DNA from: an uncultured bacterium
GTDB lineage: Bacteria > Babelota > Babeliae > Babelales > Babelaceae
Length of the DNA: 64,000 nucleotides
Assembly (NCBI GenBank): GCA_963713855.1
Contig: OY970209.1
Coordinates: 1,248,001-1,312,000, forward strand
Direction: 5' to 3'
Below are positions 1 through 9,567 of the stretch, piece by piece; the first letter of the stretch is position 1, and each line of letters begins with the position of its first letter. The notes below the pieces were generated by a model, which ran no database searches, had not been told where the DNA came from, and saw only the letters and a program-made list of their open reading frames with translations. Position numbers and translations under genes: made by a program.

Positions 1-1
1 C

Positions 2-841
2 GAGCTTTCATGTAAAGATTGGAAATTAGAACGCAGATTGGAAAAAGAATGGAGCTCTTTAGCTTTTCTTAAAAGAAATAATGAAGAACAAGCAATACTA
101 AAGCAGTTAAAGGGTCACCCGGTACGGTTTATCAGCAACTTAGTAGCCGATGACGTTGGTGCTTTTATCGCGCAATCAGCTCATATACTTAGTAATCGGG
201 TCTCCATCGTGCCAGATCACCATGCCTGTATGTATAAAACTATGGCACATCAGCCCGCTTCTCTTCACTCGTTTATAGGCGGGCATACACTGGAACAAAA
301 TCCAGGAAAAATACGTAAGAGTATTGTGCAACTCACATTCATTGGAAACCAACGAATTCATGGACTAACCCGTCATGGCATTAATGCCATGACCGCGCAT
401 CCGGATCTTCCAAATATTGCGGCTATAGATACCTTCATGGGTAATACTGATAGGCTACCTAAAAACATCATACATAATAAGAGTACAAATCGCTTATATG
501 CAATCGATTTTACCTTGGCATTTAGCACCAATCTGGCACGTCATACCATAAAACATTTAAGGTCACTTTTACGAAAAAAGGTGCATTTTAATCAATCAGA
601 GCTCAAAGCTTTAAAAACCTATAAGAGCACACTAAAATATCTCCTTACGATACATACGCCACATTCTTTAGAAACTCGCATACATGAGTCACTCCAGGAA
701 ACTGGCTTTTTAAGCAATAAACACTACTCAAGTTCCACTAAAAAAGCCGTGACCCAAAAGATCAATCAATATAAGCAAATAACGAGAGAAAGCTTTGTAA
801 GTTCACAGGAGCTTGTGTCTCTTTTAGATACAGTAAGCTAG
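2..841 (+). CDS. HipA-like / PI3-4-kinase-superfamily atypical kinase (5' truncated by window edge)
   Basis: Frame is open from base 2 (ELSCKDWKLERRLEKEW...). Motifs AILKQ (beta3 Lys), DTFMGNTDRLPKNII (NxDRxxxN catalytic loop) and LYAIDF (metal-binding Asp). Confidence 0.6.
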   Translation, partial: ELSCKDWKLERRLEKEWSSLAFLKRNNEEQAILKQLKGHPVRFISNLVADDVGAFIAQSAHILSNRVSIVPDHHACMYKTMAHQPASLHSFIGGHTLEQNPGKIRKSIVQLTFIGNQRIHGLTRHGINAMTAHPDLPNIAAIDTFMGNTDRLPKNIIHNKSTNRLYAIDFTLAFSTNLARHTIKHLRSLLRKKVHFNQSELKALKTYKSTLKYLLTIHTPHSLETRIHESLQETGFLSNKHYSSSTKKAVTQKINQYKQITRESFVSSQELVSLLDTVS

Positions 842-873
842 TTTCAGCCCCCAAGTAAAAATGAGAGAAGCAT

Positions 874-1134
874 GCGCCTACGCGGCATCATAAGAGTCAT
901 AGTATTGACTCTTATGAAAGGGCTCATAAGCCTGTACACAGGCTTTATGACCCTTGACCCGCACCCTGCTTAAACTTTTTATGTTTGTTTAATATACCAG
1001 AAAGGATTTCCTTTCTGGTATATGTGCAATGAGATAGACCGGATTTTCCGGTCTATCTCATACACAATAAGTATGTAACATGCATAACAAGCAACAGGTG
1101 CAGGACAATGTCCTGCCGCGCGCCGCGTAGGCGC
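874..1134. other. Highly structured non-coding element (candidate ncRNA or palindromic DNA element)
   Basis: Perfect 13-bp inverted repeat 874-886/1122-1134 encloses hairpins at 888-917 (12 bp), 918-955 (bulged), 992-1023 (15 bp), 1029-1061 (15 bp) and 1100-1116 (8 bp). Confidence 0.7.
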
Positions 1135-1169
1135 CTATTCCTCTTTGGATTACTATTTAGGAGCAGAAT

Positions 1170-4061
1170 CTAATCATTTTTTAAAGGGCTATCGCCCAGT
1201 GCTTTAACGATGGGATAGCAGCGATGGCAAAGCTCAAACGGCCTTTTTCCGGTATCCCAATTCCAACAACGAGGACACTTAACTCCTTCAGCGTGATCTA
1301 TTTGCGCAAAAAGTCCTGCATAGTCCGATTCTGATAGAGATCCTTTATCATGAGTAACTGTTACAAAAGAAACGATAAAAAATTCTCTAAAGAAATCTTC
1401 CAATGTTTGGCCCGTTGCTGCTAAGCTATGCACAAATTGCTCAAAGAGGGCATTGCTCATAAGTTCCTGACCAAAATAAAGCGTTACATGGGCTTCTAAT
1501 GAGTGCTTAATAAGGCCTTTTTCACGTTGCACTTCAATCGCCTTCAGTACAGCAGAGCGAACTTTACGTAAAAGCTCCCACATCTCGATAGTGGTGTTGC
1601 CTCGTGCTAAAAATTCGAATGACTCTGCGATTGGCTCAGTGTTTAGAGGTTCTTCTGAAAGCCATGGTGCAGGGGGGTTAAAAAAGCTCTGCAAATGAAT
1701 TGAGCAATCTTTATCTTTTTGATAAGCATCACTCAAATATTCAGCGGTAAAGGACAAAATAGGAGCCATAATCTTTGTAAGCATGTCAAGAAGGTACCAA
1801 CACACAGTTTGAGCTGAGCGGCGCTTGTGCCCAGCAGCACTTTCAACATAGAGCCTGTCTTTAACGAGGTCCAAGTACCACGAGCTTAGGTACACCGTAG
1901 TAAAATCAGCAAGCGAGTGAAAAACTCCTGTAAAATGGCCAGAGGCATAATGGCTTTGCATAAGCCGATTAAAAAGAACGGCATAATTCAAAATACCTCG
2001 ATCGACAAGCATTAGCGAATCGAATGGCAAAGCATCTTTTTTAACGTCAAAGTCGTAAAGGTTTGAAAGCAAAAATCGAGAAGTGTTTCGAATTTTGCGG
2101 TACACTTCTGCCACGTTCTGTAAAAGATTTTGAGAAATAACAGCATCTCCCTCATGCCCCACGCTTGCTACCCAAAGCCGCAAACCGTCAGTTCCGATTT
2201 GCTTGATAATTTCTTCAGGAGCAATAACATTGCCCAAGGACTTAGACATCTTTTGGCCTTTTCCATCGACGGTAAAACCGTGCGTCATAATAGCCTTCAT
2301 AGGCGCGGTGCCTTCAAGTGCCAAAGCTGTTAACAATGAGCTCTGAAACCAACCACGGTGCTGATCAACACCCTCTAAGTAGAGGTCTGCTGGAAAAGAA
2401 AGTTCCGGGTTATTATAGAGCACTGCATAGTGACTGATACCGGCATCAAACCAAACATCCAATATGTCTTGCTCTTTTTTAAAGCGATTACTACCACAGT
2501 GTGAGCACGTGGTCGGGTTTTCTAAAAGAATCTCCTCAACTGATACACGATCCCAAAACTCTACACCCTCAGCTGCAACGTGATCGGCAGCGTAATTGAC
2601 AAGTGCAGGTGTGCAATAGACTGTATCACACTCAAGACATAATAGTGCGGGAATCGGAACACCCCACACACGCTGGCGTGATAGGCACCATTCCCAGCGG
2701 CTTTCAACAGTGGCTCTTAAAAAATTTCTACCTGCCGGTGGCATAAAAGTAATGCCATCCACAGCTTCCACAGCTCGCTCTTTAACACCATTATGTTGCA
2801 GATTAAAAAACCACTGCTTAGTAGCTCTAAAAATAAGCGGTGTATGGGAACGCCAACAAAAGGGATAGCTATGTACAAGCGTGGTCTTATAAAAAAGCTT
2901 TCCTTCATTAAAAAGAGCTTCCAAGACCCAGTCTTGCCCTTGACTAACCTTCATGCCCTTAAGAGATGCAGGATAAATACCTTCATCATATGCTCCATCG
3001 GGGGTTATCGGTGAATAAATTTCAAGTCCATTTTTCACACCAAGCTCATAATCGATAGGGCCGCAACCCGGAGCAATATGAACACACGCCGTACCTTCAG
3101 AAAGCCCAACAGATTCATCAAAAATGACGGGCACAGTATCTTTGCCAAAGGGTGGCTGCACATGCACTGTCGCAAAAGCTTGAGCGGGCAAGTTATCTAA
3201 AATAGTAGCTTCTTCTTGAACCATCTTTGATAAGCGCGGTAAAGTTTGAGCACCTACAACGACGAGGTTTCCTTTTAAGCGAGCAAGAACATAAGACGCA
3301 TCTGGCCTTAGGCATACTGCACGATTGAGAGGTAAGGTCCAGGGAGTGGTCGTCCAAACAAGAAATGAAACAGTTTCATCGGTCTTTGGAAAGAGCTTTT
3401 GCTTGCTCTTTGCATCAAAGGGAAAAAGAACATATGCCGATGGGTCCTTACGGTCCTTATACTCGATTTCAGCTGCAGCTAAAACAGTTTTGCATTCTAA
3501 GCACCATGGCACCGTTTTGTTTTTTCGCTCAATAAAATTGCGCTCTAGTAAAACCCCAAAAGCCCGCATAGTCTTAGATTCGTAGGATGGATCCATCGTC
3601 AAATAGGGATGCGCCCAGTCCATCAAAATACCTAAACGCTTAAATTCCTCCCTTTGCACGTTGATCCAGTGACTCGCATAAGCACGGCATGCTCTTTTAA
3701 GCTCTAAATCGCTTGCACACTTTTTTTCCTGAAGCACCTTGATTTCAATAGGCAATCCATGACAGTCCCAGCCAGGCTTTAAAGGTGTGTGAAAACCGGA
3801 CATACGACGGCCCTTGGTCATAATGTCTTTCAAGATGCCATTATAAGCATGTCCTAAATGGAGATGTCCATTTGCATAAGGTGGACCATCATGCAGTACA
3901 TAAGACGCCAAACCCTGATGCAACCTATAACTTTTTTCATAGAGATCTTCTTCTTGCCAACGGGCAATAAGCGCAGGATCATCAATAGCAGCATTAGGCC
4001 TCATGGGAAATTCCGTCCGTGGAAGATTAAGAGTGTCCTTAAAGCTAACCTCTTTCGACAT
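1170..4061 (-). CDS. ileS: Isoleucyl-tRNA synthetase (IleRS1 type)
   Basis: LHDGPPYANGHLHLGH, PGWDCHGLP, WTTTPWTLP, DQHRGWFQS, KMSKS and C-terminal CPRCW...CHRC zinc finger. Probable start MSKEVSFKDTLNLP at 4061. Confidence 0.97.
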   Translation of the reverse strand: MSKEVSFKDTLNLPRTEFPMRPNAAIDDPALIARWQEEDLYEKSYRLHQGLASYVLHDGPPYANGHLHLGHAYNGILKDIMTKGRRMSGFHTPLKPGWDCHGLPIEIKVLQEKKCASDLELKRACRAYASHWINVQREEFKRLGILMDWAHPYLTMDPSYESKTMRAFGVLLERNFIERKNKTVPWCLECKTVLAAAEIEYKDRKDPSAYVLFPFDAKSKQKLFPKTDETVSFLVWTTTPWTLPLNRAVCLRPDASYVLARLKGNLVVVGAQTLPRLSKMVQEEATILDNLPAQAFATVHVQPPFGKDTVPVIFDESVGLSEGTACVHIAPGCGPIDYELGVKNGLEIYSPITPDGAYDEGIYPASLKGMKVSQGQDWVLEALFNEGKLFYKTTLVHSYPFCWRSHTPLIFRATKQWFFNLQHNGVKERAVEAVDGITFMPPAGRNFLRATVESRWEWCLSRQRVWGVPIPALLCLECDTVYCTPALVNYAADHVAAEGVEFWDRVSVEEILLENPTTCSHCGSNRFKKEQDILDVWFDAGISHYAVLYNNPELSFPADLYLEGVDQHRGWFQSSLLTALALEGTAPMKAIMTHGFTVDGKGQKMSKSLGNVIAPEEIIKQIGTDGLRLWVASVGHEGDAVISQNLLQNVAEVYRKIRNTSRFLLSNLYDFDVKKDALPFDSLMLVDRGILNYAVLFNRLMQSHYASGHFTGVFHSLADFTTVYLSSWYLDLVKDRLYVESAAGHKRRSAQTVCWYLLDMLTKIMAPILSFTAEYLSDAYQKDKDCSIHLQSFFNPPAPWLSEEPLNTEPIAESFEFLARGNTTIEMWELLRKVRSAVLKAIEVQREKGLIKHSLEAHVTLYFGQELMSNALFEQFVHSLAATGQTLEDFFREFFIVSFVTVTHDKGSLSESDYAGLFAQIDHAEGVKCPRCWNWDTGKRPFELCHRCYPIVKALGDSPLKND

Positions 4062-4267
4062 GATGATCCTTTCTTCAAGTCTTAGATTTCTATTTCTTTT
4101 AGAGTACCGTAAGGCCTCAAAAAGCGCAAATAAGCCACTGACCGCAAAGGTCGTCAAAAATTCAGTTTTTGGCAAAGACCTTCTGCCACTCTTCAAGTCT
4201 TGCTTTTTATGAATAATTTCTGCTATAAATAAATTTAATAACATGAGGGTAAAAAAAGGAGAACTAT

Positions 4268-4702
4268 ATGTATAAGAACATGACAGCAGCATTCTTGCTT
4301 ACTATATGCTGTTTTTCCAGCGCTCTTTTTGCGCAAACTGCTCCGTATATGGGCCAGGGACCTGACGGAGACTATGACCCCGAGCAAGGCGCGTATATGG
4401 ATGCCAACCAGCCCCAGGAAGCAATTGCTGTAGAGGGAGTCGCTTATCCGGGCGCCGTAGGCGTTTACCCAGGCTATGCAAGAACTGCAAGAGGTGCAAG
4501 AGCCGCTAGATATGGTATGCAAGAAAGACGCTCGGATAGAGGGCACGGTCCTCGACGCATGGGCCAAGGCCAAAGAAGGGGTACGCAAAGTCGCCCAACA
4601 CAAATGAATAGAACACGTGGCCAGTGGATGAGACGAGATACGCCTTATGGAAGTTCTTTCAATAGAAGAACACACGCTTATCATAGAGGGTACCGCGGGT
4701 AA
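4268..4702 (+). CDS. Secreted low-complexity protein (acidic N-half, Arg/Gly-rich C-half)
   Basis: AGGAG RBS upstream; signal peptide ending ALFA; compositional bias. Confidence 0.7.
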   Translation: MYKNMTAAFLLTICCFSSALFAQTAPYMGQGPDGDYDPEQGAYMDANQPQEAIAVEGVAYPGAVGVYPGYARTARGARAARYGMQERRSDRGHGPRRMGQGQRRGTQSRPTQMNRTRGQWMRRDTPYGSSFNRRTHAYHRGYRG

Positions 4703-4713
4703 ATTAATGTTAG

Positions 4714-5322
4714 CTACCAAATCACATCGAGGGGAGGTAGTTTGTCGGCGTCATAACGAGCATATATGACAGTGTTTGCTAAAGCCGCAGATTGCAGCTT
4801 GCGCCTATGCCGCCTCAAAATGCCTTCCTCTACGAATGAAAGCGCCTCAGGAATTCGCCGACTTTTTATATTATCCTCATCGCACTTGATTTCAACGCGT
4901 ACGGCATTAAGCTCTTTTAATGCATAGAGCAGTAAAGCATGAGTAGATTCTATAGCAATGCCTTTACCACTATAAGAAGTACGTACCCAATATCCTATCT
5001 CACATCGTGGCAAAGACCAATCAATCTTGTGAAGGCCAGTTTCCCCGATGTAATTACCAGTTATTCTATCAAAAATACAAAAAGGCAAATCCTCACGTGA
5101 AAGCCAACGTGAGTACATGATTTGCAAATTCTCTTCTGTTTCTTCCAATGTGGGCCTATGATCAGCCCAATCAAGCCATTTTGACAGCCGATCAAACGAC
5201 TCTAAGATCGCCTCATTAACAACAGGGGCATCTTTAACATGCGGTGGTCTTAAAATAAGACGAGGCGTTTTTATGGGAATTGGAAGATCAAGAAAAAGAG
5301 GATTTAAAGCCATAAAATTCAT
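4714..5322 (-). CDS. GNAT acetyltransferase, RimJ/RimL family
   Basis: TPRLILRP, CEIGYWVRTSYSGKGIA, NIKSRRIPEALSF..EG motifs. Confidence 0.9.
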   Translation of the reverse strand: MNFMALNPLFLDLPIPIKTPRLILRPPHVKDAPVVNEAILESFDRLSKWLDWADHRPTLEETEENLQIMYSRWLSREDLPFCIFDRITGNYIGETGLHKIDWSLPRCEIGYWVRTSYSGKGIAIESTHALLLYALKELNAVRVEIKCDEDNIKSRRIPEALSFVEEGILRRHRRKLQSAALANTVIYARYDADKLPPLDVIW

Positions 5323-5384
5323 ATACAGTTACCGAATAAAACGTAGTATAGCACGGCACTCATTCTTCCTCCAGTAAACGTAAT

Positions 5385-5422
5385 TTATCGATATTCGATA
5401 TAAATTTATTGAATTTCGATAA
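5385..5422. promoter_or_regulatory. Tandem palindromic operator (TTATyG-N5-CGATAw x2) overlapping a putative promoter
   Basis: ttatcg-atatt-cgatat (5385-5401) and ttattg-aattt-cgataa (5406-5422), 21 bp apart. TTGAAT (5409-5414) and TAGACT (5431-5436) resemble -35/-10 upstream of the DUF2975-HTH operon. Confidence 0.55.
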
Positions 5423-5472
5423 TTTTGTGCTAGACTTATTCATGTAATTTATTTTTTTCTCTTACTTTTAGG

Positions 5473-5991
5473 ATGTGTATGACTTCAATTCAGAAATATG
5501 CGACCGTTTTTAAATGGTTTTTAGTAACGTGTGGAACTCTCATTGCTATACTCTTTACTATCAGCCTTTTTATGGGAATCAGCGGTCATTCGTATACGTT
5601 TTTAGCATCAGGCGATGGTTATTCGTCGGCGACGACGGTGAGCTTACCGCGTCCAATCGAAGGCGTTAACGCACTGGTACATTTTGGATTTTTGGTGATG
5701 GGATTAGTTTACGCGTATTACTTGACCAAAGAACTTCAAAAAGGAAATGCGTTTTCCAGACTCGTAATAAAATTTCTGAAAAAAATAAGCACCTTATTAC
5801 TAGCAGCAGGTCTCTATAATTTGATAATGAGCATCCTTGTATGCATAACTACTTATATAAACTCTGGTTATTCTTCATTCAATCTTGCTCTAAATTTCAA
5901 CCTATTATTTTTGGGATTAGTAGTAAGATTTATTGCAGCTCTCCTGCAAGAAGGCGCAAAGCTCCAAGTAGAACAAGATCTTACAATATAG
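5473..5991 (+). CDS. DUF2975-family membrane protein
   Basis: Four TM segments; GNAFS..VIKFLKKI and EGAKLQVEQDLTI C-terminus; paired with an XRE HTH gene. Confidence 0.8.
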   Translation: MCMTSIQKYATVFKWFLVTCGTLIAILFTISLFMGISGHSYTFLASGDGYSSATTVSLPRPIEGVNALVHFGFLVMGLVYAYYLTKELQKGNAFSRLVIKFLKKISTLLLAAGLYNLIMSILVCITTYINSGYSSFNLALNFNLLFLGLVVRFIAALLQEGAKLQVEQDLTI

Positions 5992-5998
5992 GGCCGCG

Positions 5999-6205
5999 AT
6001 GAAAATTATTGTAAAGCTTGATGAGATAATGGCACGCAAAAAAATCCGTCTTCATGAACTTGCAAGCGCTATACAGATCACGGAAGCAAATTTATCGATA
6101 CTAAAAACTGGCAAAGCTAAAGCTATCAGATTTTCAACATTACTTTCATTATGCCAGAAATTAGGCTGCCAACCGGGAGATCTACTGTCATACAATGAAG
6201 AATAG
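5999..6205 (+). CDS. Cro/XRE-type HTH transcriptional regulator (YozG-like)
   Basis: ITEANLSILKTGKAKAIRFSTL...CQPGDLL signature. Confidence 0.9.
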   Translation: MKIIVKLDEIMARKKIRLHELASAIQITEANLSILKTGKAKAIRFSTLLSLCQKLGCQPGDLLSYNEE

Positions 6206-6470
6206 ATACTAAACGTTCATGATGGGACTGTTAACAGACTTCTAATATATCCTTTAAAAGCCTCTTTTATGTGGCGTACTTCTTAAACTTAGGATTAACA
6301 GAAGATAATAAGGCAAAATGTATGTTAATCCAAAGTTTGACTTTGAAATAGCATGGATAAGTAGAATAGATTTAGGCGTTCCGTTATTTTCATTAGCTTT
6401 TTTCAAAATACTCACAATGATTCTTAAATAGTGTATTCTTGGCTTTTGTGGGGTTTAAAAAAGGTTCGAC

Positions 6471-7820
6471 ATGCTTGATAATAAAAGAGGGGTTTGGGGA
6501 CTCGGCATCGTTGGTCAATCAGCTATTCGTTATTTATATAAGCATGGGCATGAGATCGGTGTGCTTGATAAGAAAATACTTACCAATCAAGAGCATATAT
6601 TTTTAAAAGAGCATGGAGCGAAATACTTTGATAGCTTTCAAGAAAAAGATTTTTTTAAAACATACCACACCATTATTCGAAGCCCAGGCATTGATATACG
6701 GCCATATGAATCACTTTCAAACACTTTCTTAAGTGAATTAGACTTATTCTACGAGGCATTCAAAAAGCCTATTATTGGTATTACTGGTACGATTGGAAAA
6801 ACCTCCGTCACACATCTTTTATCAAGCTTACTCATGCACAAAGGTCTTCGTATAGCTGTGGGAGGCAATATAGGAACTGGCGTGCTTGACCTGATCGAAA
6901 AAAATGCTGACAAAGCAGTTATTGAGCTATCAAGTTTTCAGCTTGAGCAAATTCGCCACTTTGACGCTCAACTTGCGATTATTACAAACCTCTTTCCTAA
7001 CCACTTAGACAGGCATCAAACAGTTGACGCTTATTATAGGGCTAAATACAATCTGCTCTATTACCAAAATAAGCACCATTCAGCACTCGTTTCAGCTTCG
7101 CTTTATGATCGCTTAATGCTCGAGCCTGCTATGACCGAAAAAAGAATAGCTTTTTTTAACACTCAAAAACCGCGCGGTATCTCAAGCGGTAGGCACGTAC
7201 TTTACTATTTTGATGCCTCAGGAAGACTTTGCAAAGAAGAAAATGGAAAAATCTATACGCTGATCGAGTCGTCAAAAATACCACTACTTTCGTTTAAAAC
7301 AAATTGGCTAATTATTGGTGCTGCACTAGACATGCTTGGTTACGAGATCCCCGACTTTAACGCCATTGCTTTAGAAATACCTGCTCATCGATTACAGCAT
7401 GTTGGAACAGTTGATAATATAGCATTCTACAACGATTCAAAATCAACAATACCTGAAGCAACGCTTGCAGCAATTAAAGAGCTTGAAAACAAGCCCATCA
7501 TTCTTTTGGTTGGGGGTATTGGTAAAGGTATCGATAGAGATCCTTTCATAAAAAAGCTTGCAGGTAGAGTTAAAAGCTTACACTGCTTTGGTGTTGAAGC
7601 TGAATCGCTTTTTTCCTACGCACAGAAATATAAACTTACTGCAACCAAACACAGCTCACTTGATGACGCCTTTAAAGCGAGCGTTGAAAACGCTAAAGCC
7701 CATGATCAAATACTCCTTTCACCTTCAGGCTCAAGCTTAGATCTTTTTAAAAACTACGAGGAACGGGGAATTGCTTTTGAAAAACTAGTTAAAGTATACT
7801 CCAACAGAAATCAAATCTAA
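6471..7820 (+). CDS. murD: UDP-N-acetylmuramoyl-L-alanine--D-glutamate ligase
   Basis: SPGI, GITGTIGKTS, ELSSFQLE, NHLDRH, YNDSKST, LLSP..S.D.F..YEERG. Confidence 0.93.
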   Translation: MLDNKRGVWGLGIVGQSAIRYLYKHGHEIGVLDKKILTNQEHIFLKEHGAKYFDSFQEKDFFKTYHTIIRSPGIDIRPYESLSNTFLSELDLFYEAFKKPIIGITGTIGKTSVTHLLSSLLMHKGLRIAVGGNIGTGVLDLIEKNADKAVIELSSFQLEQIRHFDAQLAIITNLFPNHLDRHQTVDAYYRAKYNLLYYQNKHHSALVSASLYDRLMLEPAMTEKRIAFFNTQKPRGISSGRHVLYYFDASGRLCKEENGKIYTLIESSKIPLLSFKTNWLIIGAALDMLGYEIPDFNAIALEIPAHRLQHVGTVDNIAFYNDSKSTIPEATLAAIKELENKPIILLVGGIGKGIDRDPFIKKLAGRVKSLHCFGVEAESLFSYAQKYKLTATKHSSLDDAFKASVENAKAHDQILLSPSGSSLDLFKNYEERGIAFEKLVKVYSNRNQI

Positions 7821-7842
7821 AAAGGCAGCTTAGTGAGCACTT

Positions 7843-8964
7843 ATGAAACAGAGTCCAACAACTCTCAGACACGCATTTTCAATGCTCTTATTAAGCACTT
7901 TTTTGCTTATCATCATAGGCTTTATTTTTATTTATTCAGCAAGTGCTTCCTTTGCGCTTGATAAATTTGGCAAAGCGCATTATTACGTGTATAAACACGC
8001 AATAGGACTCCTAATAGGCCTTCTAGGCTTTGCATTTTTTCGCATAGTACCATTTAAGCTCTTACGCGCCATCACACCCCTTATGTTTGGCGCCTGCTTA
8101 GTGCTCACGGCACTTACACTCACACCCGTCGGCATTACTATTCACGGATCATCACGCTGGCTTACGGTTAAGGGATTCATGTTCCAGCCAAGCGAGCTTC
8201 TTAAAATGTCCCTTATTCTTTACCTAGCTTATTTAATTAGCAAAAAACAGTATTGGATCAATTCATTCATTTATGGATACCTACCTTTTTTGTGCATAAC
8301 TGGTATTAGCGCTCTTATTCTTTTAAAGCAGCCCGATTTTGGGCAAGCAGTTACCCTTTGTGTTATGGCTCTTTGTCTTTGGTTTATCGCTCAGGTTAAT
8401 ACTCATTACATTGCAATCACCGCAGGTTCACTCATTCCTCTAGCAGCACTGCTCATTTACTTTAAACCGTATCGCTTTAAACGGATTCTCGTCTTTCTTG
8501 ATCCCTGGAAAGACCCTCAGGGAAGTGGATACCAAATAATACAGTCACTCAGCGCTGTAGCGGCTGGAGGCCTTAAAGGCATCGGACTTACCCATTCAAA
8601 CACCCATGAGCACCAAATGCCAATGCAGCACACCGATTTTATTTTTTCAGTCATAGCGCAAGAAACCGGCTTTATAGGAAGTTGCCTCGTAATTGTACTC
8701 TATGTATTCTTTCTTTATTACGGCTTTAAGGTTGCATCCCTATTGAAAGATCCCTTTTGTACTTACATTGTTATTGGCTTTGTATTGCTCATTACTATTC
8801 AAGCACTCATGAATATCAGTGTAGCCATAAGCCTTTTACCCACTAAAGGTCTGGGGCTGCCGTTTATTAGCTTTGGAAGATCATCTCTTATCTGTGATCT
8901 TTGGACGCTTGGCATTATTGCGAACGCCGTTGAGCATGACAGTAGATTGCAACAGCATACATAG
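7843..8964 (+). CDS. ftsW: SEDS-family peptidoglycan polymerase FtsW/RodA
   Basis: GSSRWL, FQPSELLK, QPDFG, DPWKDPQGSGYQIIQS, HTDFIF, PTKGLGLPFISFG; follows murD. Confidence 0.9.
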   Translation: MKQSPTTLRHAFSMLLLSTFLLIIIGFIFIYSASASFALDKFGKAHYYVYKHAIGLLIGLLGFAFFRIVPFKLLRAITPLMFGACLVLTALTLTPVGITIHGSSRWLTVKGFMFQPSELLKMSLILYLAYLISKKQYWINSFIYGYLPFLCITGISALILLKQPDFGQAVTLCVMALCLWFIAQVNTHYIAITAGSLIPLAALLIYFKPYRFKRILVFLDPWKDPQGSGYQIIQSLSAVAAGGLKGIGLTHSNTHEHQMPMQHTDFIFSVIAQETGFIGSCLVIVLYVFFLYYGFKVASLLKDPFCTYIVIGFVLLITIQALMNISVAISLLPTKGLGLPFISFGRSSLICDLWTLGIIANAVEHDSRLQQHT

Positions 8965-8987
8965 AAAAGAACATAAGCAGGAGCACC

Positions 8988-9506
8988 ATGAACAAGGTAC
9001 TTAGCGCAATTATCGTAAATATACTACTGATGACATCACTATTCTCCATGCATCGTGAAGAGCCGGCACTACATAAAGCCGTGCGAGAAAAAAATTGGCC
9101 AAAGATTCAGGAGCTCCTGGCAAAAGATGATCTTAATATTGAAGAAGAAGATTCCGACGGAAATACTGCTTTGCACATAGCTATACAGTCTTCAGGAAGC
9201 ATTTCGGATGAAGCTACCATTGGCCCAGAAACTATTATTAGAGCACTTTTAGCAAAAGAGGCTTCAACCAAAGCTAGAAATCGTGACCACAAAACGCCGA
9301 TCGATTACGCTACCAATTTGACCATAATGAACCTCTTACTTTTAAACTCTCCCACTTTAAGTAGATCATACAGTGGTGAGCAGCACGAGCAAGGTGAAAC
9401 AACGATACGTGAAAACACAACATTACCCGAGCACCGACCAAGAAGAACATCGTTCATAAAGCGGCTTACATCAGGCGAACTTTTGAGAAAAAGTCAGGAA
9501 AAATAA
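8988..9506 (+). CDS. Secreted ankyrin-repeat protein
   Basis: Signal peptide; ALHKAV, DGNTALHIAI, TPIDYA ankyrin motifs. Confidence 0.85.
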   Translation: MNKVLSAIIVNILLMTSLFSMHREEPALHKAVREKNWPKIQELLAKDDLNIEEEDSDGNTALHIAIQSSGSISDEATIGPETIIRALLAKEASTKARNRDHKTPIDYATNLTIMNLLLLNSPTLSRSYSGEQHEQGETTIRENTTLPEHRPRRTSFIKRLTSGELLRKSQEK

Positions 9507-9567
9507 AACTAGAATATCCCTCATTAGGATTGGGAACTTTTTATGGAGCGTAGAGCTTTTAAAGCAG

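Noticed and set aside
874..1134. CRISPR array, T-box or hammerhead ribozyme interpretation of the hairpin element
   Set aside because: The hairpins are not direct repeats with spacers. The element lies 3' of ileS, not in its leader. Only CTTATGA is present, not the CTGATGA hammerhead core.
4062..4292. 77-aa N-terminal extension of IleRS in the ORF track
   Set aside because: Homology starts at MSKEVSFKDTLNLP; the extension overlaps the divergent gene's start and promoter region.
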